Sequence record: LC788705.1
Length of the DNA stretch: 64,000 nucleotides
Strand: one strand, 5' to 3'
Source: Escherichia coli phage NG_A1
Shown here in pieces: positions 9,107 to 19,234 of the stretch. Under the pieces are notes generated by a model. It had not been told where the DNA came from. It worked only from the letters and a program-made list of their open reading frames with translations, and ran no database searches. Every line of letters begins with the position of its first letter. Position 1 is the stretch's first letter. A program made the translations under genes and the position numbers.

Positions 9107-11666
9107 CGAGAATCCTTCTCACGTTATCCAAATCTTTACATACAGCAATAAACTTATCATCCTTGTATTTGCTATGATCTGGATGCTCTTTATCCATTGC
9201 AGCTAGTTTCTTATACTCGAATTCTGCATCAAGTAATACACCCTTGACATAACGAGTATATTCATCATCATCAATACAAGCGATTGATGGGTGCTGTTTC
9301 TTCATCTTACCACAAGAGTAGTCGCGAGAACCTCCAGCTTCAGAATCTGAATCAATACCAATCGGACAGCCAGGAATACTAATACCGCGGTCTTTCTGAA
9401 TATTACGAATCAGGATTTCATTGTATTGGTCGATCAAATCCTCACGAACAATAGCAACTACGGAGTCGTGAACCAGCATAACAATCTTCATCTCTTGTTC
9501 TAGGCCAAGAGAAATGATCTCATTATCTGCATCTACAGCACCTAAAAGGAGACTATCAGAAGAAGCAGACTGAATGATTGCGTTAAATCCAGAACGGATT
9601 TCTTCACCTTGAACACCACGGTCTTCGGAGTGGATATTATGCAGACGACGTTTACGACCAAAGTGACTATAGATAAATCCATGATTCTTGATCTGATCAT
9701 GGCACTTATCAATCCAACGCTTAAGCTGCGGGAACTGACCGAAGTAAGTTTCTATATACTCTTTAGCATCTGCAACCGTACACTCTACAAACGGTTCGCC
9801 TGTCTTAGCAGCCTGTTCCAGAAGAGCTTCGTTAACAGAATGAGCTACTTTAGCTGGGCCAGAACCATACAGAATACCAAAGGTGATTGCTTTAGCTGCT
9901 TGACGCAGAGCTGGGAATAACTTTTTAACATCACGAGGCTCGCATTGGAGCTTAAATACCATGTGTGCGATGTTAGAGTGGAAGTCGGGGTATTTATCTG
10001 GTTCATTTCTCATGTTGATAAATACTTGTTGCATATTTCTATCACCAGATAGAACAGCAGCATAATAAACTTCCGCAGTTGTTAAGTCCCATGCAATTAC
10101 ACGATACCCGGGAGGAGCTACTACACAACCCTTGATAATAGATTCATCACGAGGTAACTGTTGCAGGTTCAGTTTACCAGAAGAACTCAGACGACCAGAA
10201 GTAGTCATATGTTCATGGAAACCAGTACGAATGCAACCATCTGCATCAATACTCAGAAGAATCTTCTCAACATAAGTAGAGATCAGCTTAGTCAGCTTAC
10301 GAATCTCTAGTAGAGTCTTAGCAATTGGATGCTGCGTAGACAATTCGTTCAGAGCTTCTGCATCTGTAGAGTCTGCTCCAGTATCCGTCAATTTACCTGT
10401 TGGAGTTAAGCCAACATAATCAAATAGAAGAACACGGAGTTGTTTAACAGAGTTTGGGTTAAACGCTTCGTTCTGATCTTTCTCTAGCTGAACGACTTCT
10501 GGATAAGTATACAGTTTTTCACGAGCTTTATTCAGATTATGGGTTAACTGGTACTGAGCTTCTTTTAAACGATCAATAGAAATAGGTACACCACGATCCT
10601 CAACACGCTGGAGAAATACACAACCAGGCATTAGGACATCATAATACAGACTACAAAGTTTTTCATTCTTCTCAATTTTTGGTAAGAAGAAGTTGTGCAA
10701 ACGTATGGTAGCATCGGTATCTTTCGCAGCGTAAGGCCACATAATATCAAACGGAATTAAATCATAGGTGAAATCTTCTTTCTTGATTTTATGTGCTTTG
10801 CAGTAATCCTCTTTGAACTTATCTAGTTCGAAGTCATAGTCACCCATATCGGTATACTTCATTGCTAGAGATTTCAAGCCATGAGTACCACGACGTTCAT
10901 CTAGAACATAATGCTGCAACATAGTATCATGGAGCCTGCGTTCTTTATGCGCTTTATCAAAAGTAAGTCCCAGATGGTACTTATAAAAGTGCATATCAAA
11001 CTTCAGGTTGTGAAAAACAATAGTGTGGTTTTCACTATCCAGAATTTTCTGGAGATAATATACTGCAACCTCTGTGAGACAATCAGAATCGATATATACA
11101 CCCTGATACTCTTGGTGAGACATAGAAACACCAAGCAGATAACCATCTCGACAGTATAGTGCTGAGGTTTCGGAGTCGAATGCGACAGGTCCGATAACCA
11201 TATTATACACCATCTTGATATATTCTTCCGCCTCGTCAGGGTCAGTAATAGGACGGTAATCACCAGCTTTTGCAACCTTCTCACGACCATTGATAATATC
11301 GTGGATATTTTCTACTGTTGCATCGAAAACTGGTTTCATTTCAGGTTTAAAGTGTAACTGGGCTGGGCTGATACTCGCAATCCAGTTAGCATATCCATTA
11401 TACTCTACACGTTTACCAGTATAGTCACCAATGCCTTTCTTACCTGCGAAATACAGGAAAGGTTCAGCACCTACTAGTATAACAAAATCGTAATCATTCG
11501 GATCAAATGGGTTTTCTGGTGTTCCAATAGTAATGTGCTTTTTAAGCAAACGACCAGATAACTTCTCATTACACATATGGAATACATCAACTTCCTCGCC
11601 GTATAGCTGGAAATGTTTATCGTAACGAGTGTTGTTTAGGGCTTTATCAACTACTGCGATTTTCAA
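9099..11666 (-). CDS. DNA polymerase, family A (T5 polymerase-like) with 3'-5' exonuclease domain
   Basis: 855 aa; exo motif FDSETSAL, Pol A motifs (RxxAKxITFGILYG, HDS...). Confidence 0.95.
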   Translation of the reverse strand: MKIAVVDKALNNTRYDKHFQLYGEEVDVFHMCNEKLSGRLLKKHITIGTPENPFDPNDYDFVILVGAEPFLYFAGKKGIGDYTGKRVEYNGYANWIASISPAQLHFKPEMKPVFDATVENIHDIINGREKVAKAGDYRPITDPDEAEEYIKMVYNMVIGPVAFDSETSALYCRDGYLLGVSMSHQEYQGVYIDSDCLTEVAVYYLQKILDSENHTIVFHNLKFDMHFYKYHLGLTFDKAHKERRLHDTMLQHYVLDERRGTHGLKSLAMKYTDMGDYDFELDKFKEDYCKAHKIKKEDFTYDLIPFDIMWPYAAKDTDATIRLHNFFLPKIEKNEKLCSLYYDVLMPGCVFLQRVEDRGVPISIDRLKEAQYQLTHNLNKAREKLYTYPEVVQLEKDQNEAFNPNSVKQLRVLLFDYVGLTPTGKLTDTGADSTDAEALNELSTQHPIAKTLLEIRKLTKLISTYVEKILLSIDADGCIRTGFHEHMTTSGRLSSSGKLNLQQLPRDESIIKGCVVAPPGYRVIAWDLTTAEVYYAAVLSGDRNMQQVFINMRNEPDKYPDFHSNIAHMVFKLQCEPRDVKKLFPALRQAAKAITFGILYGSGPAKVAHSVNEALLEQAAKTGEPFVECTVADAKEYIETYFGQFPQLKRWIDKCHDQIKNHGFIYSHFGRKRRLHNIHSEDRGVQGEEIRSGFNAIIQSASSDSLLLGAVDADNEIISLGLEQEMKIVMLVHDSVVAIVREDLIDQYNEILIRNIQKDRGISIPGCPIGIDSDSEAGGSRDYSCGKMKKQHPSIACIDDDEYTRYVKGVLLDAEFEYKKLAAMDKEHPDHSKYKDDKFIAVCKDLDNVRRILGA

Positions 11667-11727
11667 ATTTAATCTCCTCTTGGTAAGTAAGTATAACTTC
11701 AGTGTTTCTTCTCTAACTTACCAATAT

Positions 11728-11757
11728 ATTATACCAAATCTTTAAGCGATTCAGCAA
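11728..11757 (-). promoter_or_regulatory. Early-type promoter upstream of DNA polymerase
   Basis: rc reads TTGCTGaatcgcttaaagatttggTATAATatattgg. Confidence 0.5.
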
Positions 11758-12619
11758 CTAAAATTTCAATACGTTTTGCTAACATATCAATTTCTTCTTT
11801 ATTTAAGTCACCGGGGTCTTTACCTTCGGGTAGAAGAAAGTTAGCAACTACAGGTGTTAAACGCGTTTTTGTACGAATTAACTTGGCCAATGCTTGTGCA
11901 GCCTTATTACCAGAAGCATCATTATCTAGTAAGATAACAACAACTTTTACACCAGCAATAATATAAGGGCTGAACTTATCTGCAATATTATCCGAGGTAA
12001 ACTGATGTGTACCAAAGCAACAAGAAGCATAGTCTATACCATTATCCTCTAGGTTCAGCATATCAAAGATACCTTCAACTAGAATAAGAACTGGAGTATT
12101 ATATCGTACAGGGAAAATCGGTGGTGAAACTTGTTTTGGTTTTACTAAGTATTTAGGAGGGGCAGAACTGTTTATAGAACGACCCAAAAATAGGATATTG
12201 CGTCCAACAGCATCTGTGATTGGGAATACAATTCTGCCTTCCCAGTCTGCTTGGTGTTGGAAAGCAAAATATTTCTTCAAGGTCTTAGAACTTATACCTC
12301 GGAAATCACCTTCGAAAAGGTAAGCAGATTCAGGAATTGCAAGATTTGTAGATCCATTCCTAATCTCTGAAATCTTTTTACGTACCTGCGATAGTCTTGG
12401 AGACTGTCGGTACTGAGTCTCATTAAAATAATGGTAAATGCTCGGTATACCTTTACCGAAGCCACAACTCAAGCAGTGCATAATACCTGTTTCAGGATCA
12501 ATACGCAAACTTGGATGTTTATCGTCATGATCTGGATTTAAGCAACAGATTAAAATATCTCCACCAGTATCTTTATACTCAATTCCCTTAAGATCAAGTA
12601 ATTCTGTTATTCGACTCAT
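11729..12619 (-). CDS. DnaG-like DNA primase (zinc finger + TOPRIM)
   Basis: 296 aa; CLNPDHDDKHPS...CLSCG zinc ribbon, TOPRIM-like LVEGIFDMLNL. Confidence 0.75.
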   Translation of the reverse strand: MSRITELLDLKGIEYKDTGGDILICCLNPDHDDKHPSLRIDPETGIMHCLSCGFGKGIPSIYHYFNETQYRQSPRLSQVRKKISEIRNGSTNLAIPESAYLFEGDFRGISSKTLKKYFAFQHQADWEGRIVFPITDAVGRNILFLGRSINSSAPPKYLVKPKQVSPPIFPVRYNTPVLILVEGIFDMLNLEDNGIDYASCCFGTHQFTSDNIADKFSPYIIAGVKVVVILLDNDASGNKAAQALAKLIRTKTRLTPVVANFLLPEGKDPGDLNKEEIDMLAKRIEILVAESLKDLV

Positions 12620-13137
12620 GAATTTAACTCCTCCAGTGAAGGATACTTAGTTGGATCAAAAATCTCTTGAACAGCATTTTCTCCATGTAATTGTAGACGT
12701 AGTTCATTGGCTTTAGTGACTGCAAGCTTTAGATCTGCATAATTAAAGAGCCCACCGTGAACTTTTTCTCCCATAGAATTTACTACTCTTACATGCCATT
12801 TGTGATCCCGCTTAAACCAGAAAACTCCCAAGTACCCAGATTTACTTCTAGCTGTTTTATTTCTGCTATTTTCTTGCCGGGTGGATGGCCTAATATTAAT
12901 CCATCTATTATCCCAAGTAATTCGATTAATATGGTCTACTTCCCCTGGCATATATCCTTCCATATATAGGAAGGCTAGTTGGTGTGCAAAGTATAATTTT
13001 CTATCTACCTTTATCCGTATGTATCCACTATCTAGAGTACCCGCAATACTACCAGCTTTCTGATTGCCTCTAGATACTTTTCTAGTAAACTCCCCAGTCT
13101 CTGGGGAGTAGTCAAATAGTTCTGTTATTCTACTCAT
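12616..13137 (-). CDS. HNH homing endonuclease (HNH + AP2-like domain)
   Basis: 173 aa; HQLAFLY...VDHINRITWDNRWINIR, SGYLGVFW; paralog of 36627..37175. Confidence 0.8.
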   Translation of the reverse strand: MSRITELFDYSPETGEFTRKVSRGNQKAGSIAGTLDSGYIRIKVDRKLYFAHQLAFLYMEGYMPGEVDHINRITWDNRWINIRPSTRQENSRNKTARSKSGYLGVFWFKRDHKWHVRVVNSMGEKVHGGLFNYADLKLAVTKANELRLQLHGENAVQEIFDPTKYPSLEELNS

Positions 13138-14657
13138 ATATCGCTGGCCTGTTCACCTGTTGAATTTTCAGCTTTGTCTTTCTTAGCACGTTTAGATTGA
13201 GCCGGCTTATCCTTCTCAATAGGGATAACGAACTCAGCTTCCATTTGAGATATATCTTCCATTGCTAGATTGGTAGTGTTATCCATCCGCAGGGTTTCCC
13301 AGTTCATTTTAGGCATAAACTTCACGCTATCAGAAGAACGAGTCTTAACGAAGTCAAACATAATAGCACCTTGACCATTATCAGCTTTTGCAGCATTAAG
13401 ATTAGCAGCCATGTCTGCGGAATCAAGAATCCCCTTTGACATACGTGTTCTACCATCTTGATCGATCTGGTAAGGAGCTACGCCAGCCACGTTATGTTTC
13501 TGGCAGATGGATTTGAAAGACGAGCTAACAACCATCTGTTCTTTCCAGTCATACATATCAATGGTTTTAGAATCTGGAAGTCGGGTTTGGTTAATATAGT
13601 CCAGTAAAGCTACTGTAACTTTATCACCATATCTAGCAACTAATTTATTTAATTCTACGTCAACTGTTGTAATGGACAGTTCAGGGTCATAAACGATAAT
13701 CATAGGAGTATGTAGTTCATACCCTTCTATTAGCTTACTCTCCATATCGTAGAAATCACTCATCTTAGCCATTGTATACTGTTTAACGAAGTTATCGAAA
13801 AGCTCTTCACCACCGTTGAACATTCTAGCTCTAGTTCTGGCTAATCTCAATAGAGCTGCACCTTCTAGAGTATTATTACGCATTGCTAGTGCTGATACCC
13901 CGGCTAACATGGCTAGATTACGTCTAAATACTTCATGTTCTTTCATCTCAATTGAGAAGTATGGAGCAATATCTCCATTCAAATATTGCTGAACCTGTAT
14001 GTTTGAACAGATAATGGATTTACCAGTACCACGCCAACCACCAAGCAGTAACGTTTCTGTGCGAGCTAAACCAATTTGAGCGTCGAACTCATTACAAATA
14101 CCAAGAGCGATTAAGTTCAGTTTGGTATCTTCTTCTCTCTGGAAAATACGCATGTTATCTGCGTTGAATACTTTTCCAGTATTCGTTACTTTCTCTTCTA
14201 ATTTTAAGTGAAGGGAGGCAACTCGGTTGAGAATTTCTCCCTGATCCAGCATTGTTAAATCTTGAAGCACGTCTGTTTCTAGAAGCTTCAGGAATAAATC
14301 CTGTGTATATTCAGCCTCTAGGACTTCAAGTGCCTGTTCCATGCTCACTTCTGGAATTTGAGTGTTAGCTAAGACGACTAGAGCTTGAGAAAGGCGGGCG
14401 TTCCTATTAGCTTCAAGCATAAGTGCGTCAATGGACGGCATTGTGTTATATTTTTTATAATAATTCTGGACGGCTTGGTAAATTGAGGAGAAAGCGTCAT
14501 TAAAATGATCTTTATGCAGTTTTGAGAATGTTTCCAATGCTATTTGCTTCTGTTCGGAAGCTAGAAGCATCTTCAACACTACAGCTTGCACGTTAAACAA
14601 GGTCATTCTCCTTTGCACGCTTTCGTGCCTTCTAAATGCAAAAAGGGGAAGGAGCAT
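13134..14657 (-). CDS. DnaB-like replicative helicase (RecA-fold ATPase)
   Basis: 507 aa; Walker A GGWRGTGKS; start uncertain (alternative 14606). Confidence 0.65.
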   Translation of the reverse strand: MLLPLFAFRRHESVQRRMTLFNVQAVVLKMLLASEQKQIALETFSKLHKDHFNDAFSSIYQAVQNYYKKYNTMPSIDALMLEANRNARLSQALVVLANTQIPEVSMEQALEVLEAEYTQDLFLKLLETDVLQDLTMLDQGEILNRVASLHLKLEEKVTNTGKVFNADNMRIFQREEDTKLNLIALGICNEFDAQIGLARTETLLLGGWRGTGKSIICSNIQVQQYLNGDIAPYFSIEMKEHEVFRRNLAMLAGVSALAMRNNTLEGAALLRLARTRARMFNGGEELFDNFVKQYTMAKMSDFYDMESKLIEGYELHTPMIIVYDPELSITTVDVELNKLVARYGDKVTVALLDYINQTRLPDSKTIDMYDWKEQMVVSSSFKSICQKHNVAGVAPYQIDQDGRTRMSKGILDSADMAANLNAAKADNGQGAIMFDFVKTRSSDSVKFMPKMNWETLRMDNTTNLAMEDISQMEAEFVIPIEKDKPAQSKRAKKDKAENSTGEQASDI

Positions 14658-14672
14658 AGCCCCCTCCCCTTA
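14640..14672 (-). terminator. Putative hairpin terminator
   Basis: GC-rich imperfect hairpin aggggaagg...ccctcccct followed by T-run on minus strand. Confidence 0.4.
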
Positions 14673-14688
14673 GGTTTAATTTACCAGA

Positions 14689-15456
14689 TTATTCAGCAGC
14701 CGCAGCTTTTGCATCCAGTTTAGCACGCTTAGCGGCACCATCATAGTCCTTAGCAACCAGACCACGACGAGACAGCATAGATTTAACACCGCGCTCAGAC
14801 TTACCAGTTTTCTCAGCGATCTCAGCAACAGTCATGTTAACCAGATCCAGACCTTCTAACAGATCTTCACGAGTTTTAGCACTTGAGGTTTCCTGTACCG
14901 GCATAGCAGCGATACGACCTTCACGAAGCAGGCTCAGAGCTTTACCGCGGATCTGCTTAATATTACGACCGAAGTGAGCAGCGATAGCTTCAATAGTAGC
15001 ACCAGCAACAACCTGATTAACAAAATCAGTTTCTTCATCTGGAGTGAAGGAACGAACAGCAGCAGCTTTTTCGGTTGGCTTAACAGAAGCGGTCATTTCC
15101 AGACTCAGAATCTTACCCTGTACCTGCTTAGCACCGAACTGACCACCAGCCACAGCAGCAGCGATTTCAGCATAGGTATACTGACCAGCATGAGCGTTCA
15201 GGAAATCAACCAGTTCAGCTTCCTGCTCAGGAGTCCACGGGGATTTCTGTACTTCGTTAGCTTTCTGTACTTCAAAACCTTCTTTACGCAGTTTAGAGCC
15301 AACAGAGCGAGCGGTAACATCTTTGCCAGTTTCAGCGGCCAGTTCAGCAGCGATAGCAGCTACTTGTTCTTGAGAGATTACAGCAACACCCAGAGCAGTG
15401 GCTTTTGCTTTCAGAGACTCGGTTACACCTTCTACGTTCCAGTTCAGTTTAGACAT
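14689..15456 (-). CDS. Ala-rich putative DNA-binding protein (possibly T5 D5-like)
   Basis: 255 aa, low complexity, E. coli-like high-expression codon usage. Confidence 0.4.
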   Translation of the reverse strand: MSKLNWNVEGVTESLKAKATALGVAVISQEQVAAIAAELAAETGKDVTARSVGSKLRKEGFEVQKANEVQKSPWTPEQEAELVDFLNAHAGQYTYAEIAAAVAGGQFGAKQVQGKILSLEMTASVKPTEKAAAVRSFTPDEETDFVNQVVAGATIEAIAAHFGRNIKQIRGKALSLLREGRIAAMPVQETSSAKTREDLLEGLDLVNMTVAEIAEKTGKSERGVKSMLSRRGLVAKDYDGAAKRAKLDAKAAAAE

Positions 15457-16222
15457 TATTATTTTTCTCCAATAGTTCTTTAATCGACAGGATTTCTATC
15501 CCATTCGTTTCGGCTTTCTTATAAGATGAGGAAGAACGTTTTGATTCATCCTCACAGATTAGGTATTTGACGTCTTTGGTAACGGATTTCTTAACCGTGT
15601 ATCCTAGACCTTCTAAGTAGTTTGTTGCATCCGTTCGATTTGCAAAATCTTGCAAAGATCCGGTAATACATACCGCGATTCCATTTGGCTGGGCAACTAA
15701 ATCATCAGTAACGACGGTTTTAGCTTTAGCACCAGTTGAGAATTTCCACGGTAATTCGATAACATCCTTGCCTTGTGGGGAATTTAGCCAGGCTTTATAA
15801 TTTTCTCCAGCCTTGCCGTCAGCCTTCACATCATGGAAGCTAGTGCAATTTTGGGATAATTTCTTTGCTGCAACCTCTCCAATTAGAGGGATTCCTAAAG
15901 AACCGAGAACTGAACCAAAGTCAATGTCTCCGCGAACTTTAGTATTTAATTCGCTAATTAACTTAGCGGCAACCTTGCTACCCACGGCTCTAACCAAATC
16001 TTCTTCGGTTAGGTAAAAGAGTTCTGAAATCTTCGTCAGCTCCAGCTTCTCAATAGTTTTCGGGCCAAAGCCCTTTAACTTCATTTTTGAACAGAAGTTC
16101 TCAATTAACTTACTTGATTGCGCTGGACAGTTGGACTTATTCCGACAGAATAATTGTCCGTTGACAAGATCTAGCTTAGAACCACAAGAGGGACATTGTG
16201 TTGGAATTTCGATTTTCATCAA
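15449..16222 (-). CDS. NAD-dependent DNA ligase, C-terminal half (Zn finger, HhH, BRCT)
   Basis: 257 aa; CPSCGSKLDLVNGQLFCRNKSNCPAQ zinc finger, HhH region, BRCT-like tail. Confidence 0.85.
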   Translation of the reverse strand: MMKIEIPTQCPSCGSKLDLVNGQLFCRNKSNCPAQSSKLIENFCSKMKLKGFGPKTIEKLELTKISELFYLTEEDLVRAVGSKVAAKLISELNTKVRGDIDFGSVLGSLGIPLIGEVAAKKLSQNCTSFHDVKADGKAGENYKAWLNSPQGKDVIELPWKFSTGAKAKTVVTDDLVAQPNGIAVCITGSLQDFANRTDATNYLEGLGYTVKKSVTKDVKYLICEDESKRSSSSYKKAETNGIEILSIKELLEKNNNV

Positions 16223-16249
16223 ATTTCTTCCTTATCAATTTATATAAAT

Positions 16250-16278
16250 ATTATAGCAAGTATTTAAGCATTTAGCAA
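16250..16278 (-). promoter_or_regulatory. Early-type promoter inside the ligase spacer, driving the C-terminal ligase ORF
   Basis: rc reads TTGCTAaatgcttaaatacttgcTATAATatttatataaattgataagg. Confidence 0.65.
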
Positions 16279-16421
16279 CTACAATTTTAACTAACTTTGC
16301 TTACCCTCGCCATAACTTTCTATCCCTCAACTGAATGATAATAGTATATACCTAAGCGGCGAAAATGTCAATAACCACTTTATAATTCCGATATGGTAGA
16401 TGGGTAGCAAAGGGTTATGTA

Positions 16422-17393
16422 TTAATCGTATACTCGCTCTACTATGCACGGGATTACACCACCAGCACGAATCACTCGAATTTGGCAACCGATCTCTAGA
16501 TCAAGAGAGTTAATATAATCAACGTTATTAAGAGTCGCTTTAACAATTGTAGCATCATCAATAATTACCGGTTCGAAATAACCAACTGGAGTTACTTTAC
16601 CAGAAGCCCCTACCTGCCATTCAACTTTAGTAAGAGTTGTAATCTCACCTTCTTCATCCTCTTTAATAGCGAATGCTCCACGAGGGAATTTATTAGTCCA
16701 GCCTTCTCGGAAGAACTTGTTGTTGTCGTTAATACGAACAACTTTACCGTCCGTCGGAATCCATTTAAAGAAGGAACGCACATTAACAACTGTTAAGAAG
16801 TTCTCATTCTCTAGCCAAAGCATATCTTTTAAATACGCTTCTGTAATACCTACAGATTCAGCAGAACACTGGATACCATATGCAACGAAGATTAAACCAC
16901 CTTCCCCGATACGTTGTACAAAATCATCACTATCTTTGAGGTTAATAGCACCAGAGGCAAAGTTACGTTTATTTTCTACTTCTTTTGTAATTAGAACTTC
17001 ACCAGTGATTTGAGTAGGTACTTTTTGGGAAATCTTTTTAGGGATGTTCAGCAATCTTACGTTGCTTGTGACATCATTCCCTAGAATACCATTACCACGA
17101 GTTAGTGCTTGAACAAATTCGCCATTAATATATAACAGAGAAATCGCACAACCATCTAACTTATCAGTTTCTACTTGACCTAACGGGTTAAATGGGGGTT
17201 TATCTCCACGATTATAATAAACTTTCTGTAAAGAATACATACGATACAGATGTGGAATATCACCCTTAGGTCCGATCTCTTCTTCTAACGGGAAGCGTTT
17301 TACCAGGCAATCATACTCCTCATCTGAGATTAAAGACATACCTTGATAATATGCTTCTTGGCAACGTTTAATAAAGTCTTTTACATTGGTCAT
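16422..17393 (-). CDS. NAD-dependent DNA ligase, N-terminal adenylation/OB half
   Basis: 323 aa; KxDG adenylation motif (TDKLDGCAISL), LigA Ia-like N-terminus. Confidence 0.85.
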   Translation of the reverse strand: MTNVKDFIKRCQEAYYQGMSLISDEEYDCLVKRFPLEEEIGPKGDIPHLYRMYSLQKVYYNRGDKPPFNPLGQVETDKLDGCAISLLYINGEFVQALTRGNGILGNDVTSNVRLLNIPKKISQKVPTQITGEVLITKEVENKRNFASGAINLKDSDDFVQRIGEGGLIFVAYGIQCSAESVGITEAYLKDMLWLENENFLTVVNVRSFFKWIPTDGKVVRINDNNKFFREGWTNKFPRGAFAIKEDEEGEITTLTKVEWQVGASGKVTPVGYFEPVIIDDATIVKATLNNVDYINSLDLEIGCQIRVIRAGGVIPCIVERVYD

Positions 17394-17666
17394 TTATTCT
17401 GCCTCATAGTATGTGGGTTGTCTAGTGGATCCGTGCCATGTATAATTTTTGCAAAGATGCAAATATGTAGTTTTTACTAGCCTATCTGACAACGGAGAGT
17501 ATATTTCAGCTACTAATACTTCTTTTTCGTAATGAAGTGAAATCAGCTTATACCCACTTCTAGTTTTAGTATACTTTTCTCCATTAATCTTCTCCTCCCA
17601 CATAAGTATAAGAGGCTGTCCGATGTACGGGAAAGGTTTAAGTGTACTTATACTTATCTTTTTCAC
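17394..17666 (-). CDS. Hypothetical protein
   Basis: 90-aa ORF directly downstream of a minus-strand early promoter. Confidence 0.5.
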   Translation of the reverse strand: MKKISISTLKPFPYIGQPLILMWEEKINGEKYTKTRSGYKLISLHYEKEVLVAEIYSPLSDRLVKTTYLHLCKNYTWHGSTRQPTYYEAE

Positions 17667-17696
17667 TTTGCAACCCTCTCATTAATTTATATAAAT

Positions 17697-17725
17697 ATTA
17701 TATAACAAAACTGAGTTGAAAGCAA
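17697..17725 (-). promoter_or_regulatory. Early-type promoter
   Basis: rc reads TTGCTTtcaactcagttttgttaTATAATatttatataaattaatgagagg. Confidence 0.65.
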
Positions 17726-17752
17726 GTACATTTATAAAGAAAAAGCCAAGAA

Positions 17753-18061
17753 CTAGGCATTCTTGGCTTTGAGTTCTTCAGCTCGTTTCTGTACTTCATG
17801 TAAAACCTCAGATTCGCTAAGAATCTGTGTAAACGCATAGAAAAGCTGTGATGTTGTTTCTAGGGTGTAAGGAAAAGAGAAGCCAGATTTCGTTGGAAAC
17901 CATTCATCATTAATATCAAGAAGCCAGTAACGAATACCCATGTATAGATTCCCACGAAATTCAGATACTGTTAATCTTACTTGTTCCCCCTCCTTCTCCC
18001 AAAGTATGATGGACTGGTCATCAACGTGTCCTTCATAGTTTTGATTTACCTGTTCGCTCAT
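17753..18061 (-). CDS. Hypothetical protein
   Basis: 102-aa ORF. Confidence 0.5.
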   Translation of the reverse strand: MSEQVNQNYEGHVDDQSIILWEKEGEQVRLTVSEFRGNLYMGIRYWLLDINDEWFPTKSGFSFPYTLETTSQLFYAFTQILSESEVLHEVQKRAEELKAKNA

Positions 18062-18079
18062 TTACATATCCCAAATACA

Positions 18080-18102
18080 CAAAAAGCCCCATATAGGGGC
18101 TA
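18080..18102 (-). terminator. Rho-independent terminator (minus strand)
   Basis: Hairpin agcccc-atat-aggggct with T-run on minus strand. Confidence 0.6.
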
Positions 18103-18111
18103 ATTGGTTTC

Positions 18112-18408
18112 TTATCGGCCTACTGGAGAAGCACGATCTAACTCTGATTGGAGGCTAGTCACACGACGGACTTTCTCGACAGGAATAAAACGGAAGCTAT
18201 CATTAGTACGAGAGAAGACAAGGATCTCATCATCTTTCGCTTTACGAATACGTTCACGTTTAATACGCTCAGCCAGATATTTATCTTGGGCTGGATCAAA
18301 TTCCATCGTACCCTGAAGGTACGTGGTTCCTTTCTGACGAAGTTTCTCGTAATGAAGATAAAACTCACCAAATTTTTCACATTGTGCGATAATTTCAGCT
18401 TTGGTCAT
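18112..18408 (-). CDS. Hypothetical protein
   Basis: 98-aa ORF. Confidence 0.5.
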   Translation of the reverse strand: MTKAEIIAQCEKFGEFYLHYEKLRQKGTTYLQGTMEFDPAQDKYLAERIKRERIRKAKDDEILVFSRTNDSFRFIPVEKVRRVTSLQSELDRASPVGR

Positions 18409-18444
18409 AACTGTGTTCCTTTTGTTGGTGGATTTATCTAAAAA

Positions 18445-18855
18445 TTACTTAGTGATAGCTCGGATTGCTTCTGCCAGATGAGCAGCCGCTTTACCGGTCA
18501 GTTTGTCGATAATTGCATCATCCAGAAAATCTGGTGCTAGGCCAGCATCAGAGAATGCTGAACGAAGATCGGCATGAGCTTGGGCTTTGGAAGTGCGAGA
18601 ACCACCAGAAGCTTTTTCTCCAGTAGATGCACTAGATTTAGAAGCAGAGCCAGCAGCTTTCTTGATATATACACCTGCTTTGGTCAACTTCATACGAAAA
18701 CCGTTCGGAGTTACACCATTTTCCTGAGCAATTTCGCTAACAATTTCCATGCTAACACCCGGACGTTCATCCTCTGGGAATTGCTCCATACGAGCAACGT
18801 ATTCGGAAGACATTTTTTCGAACAGTTCATCAGTCCACTGAGTTGGAGTAGTCAT
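18445..18855 (-). CDS. Hypothetical protein (Ala/Ser-rich)
   Basis: 136-aa ORF after promoter 18913..18941. Confidence 0.5.
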   Translation of the reverse strand: MTTPTQWTDELFEKMSSEYVARMEQFPEDERPGVSMEIVSEIAQENGVTPNGFRMKLTKAGVYIKKAAGSASKSSASTGEKASGGSRTSKAQAHADLRSAFSDAGLAPDFLDDAIIDKLTGKAAAHLAEAIRAITK

Positions 18856-18912
18856 ATTTTATATTTCCTTAATTAAGAATTAAACAGAATAGTTCTTTCA
18901 AACTATGAGAAT

Positions 18913-18941
18913 ATTATATCAAGAATTATAGGATTAAGCAA
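18913..18941 (-). promoter_or_regulatory. Early-type promoter
   Basis: rc reads TTGCTTaatcctataattcttgaTATAAT. Confidence 0.6.
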
Positions 18942-18958
18942 CTGAAATTTTTCTGTAG

Positions 18959-19234
18959 TTACTCCACCAGGCCAACAGCAAGCATATCATCAATGCTGGC
19001 AATCTCCCAATCGTCAGCAATAGCTTCGCATACTGTTAACGTAACAACCTCACTATAGGGATAATTACCAGCTACCCAGGTATGTTGGGTAACTACATCT
19101 GAGTCAGCGTCTAAAGTTAGTAACACTAAGCCATTATTGTCATTATCCCAGCTTCTACGATATAGAGTTTTTACTTCCCCATCTTTAAGCAAATCTGTTA
19201 GCTTACTCACGGCGTTTTCCTTTTTCTTTATCAA
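18959..19234 (-). CDS. Hypothetical protein
   Basis: 91-aa ORF. Confidence 0.4.
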   Translation of the reverse strand: MIKKKENAVSKLTDLLKDGEVKTLYRRSWDNDNNGLVLLTLDADSDVVTQHTWVAGNYPYSEVVTLTVCEAIADDWEIASIDDMLAVGLVE

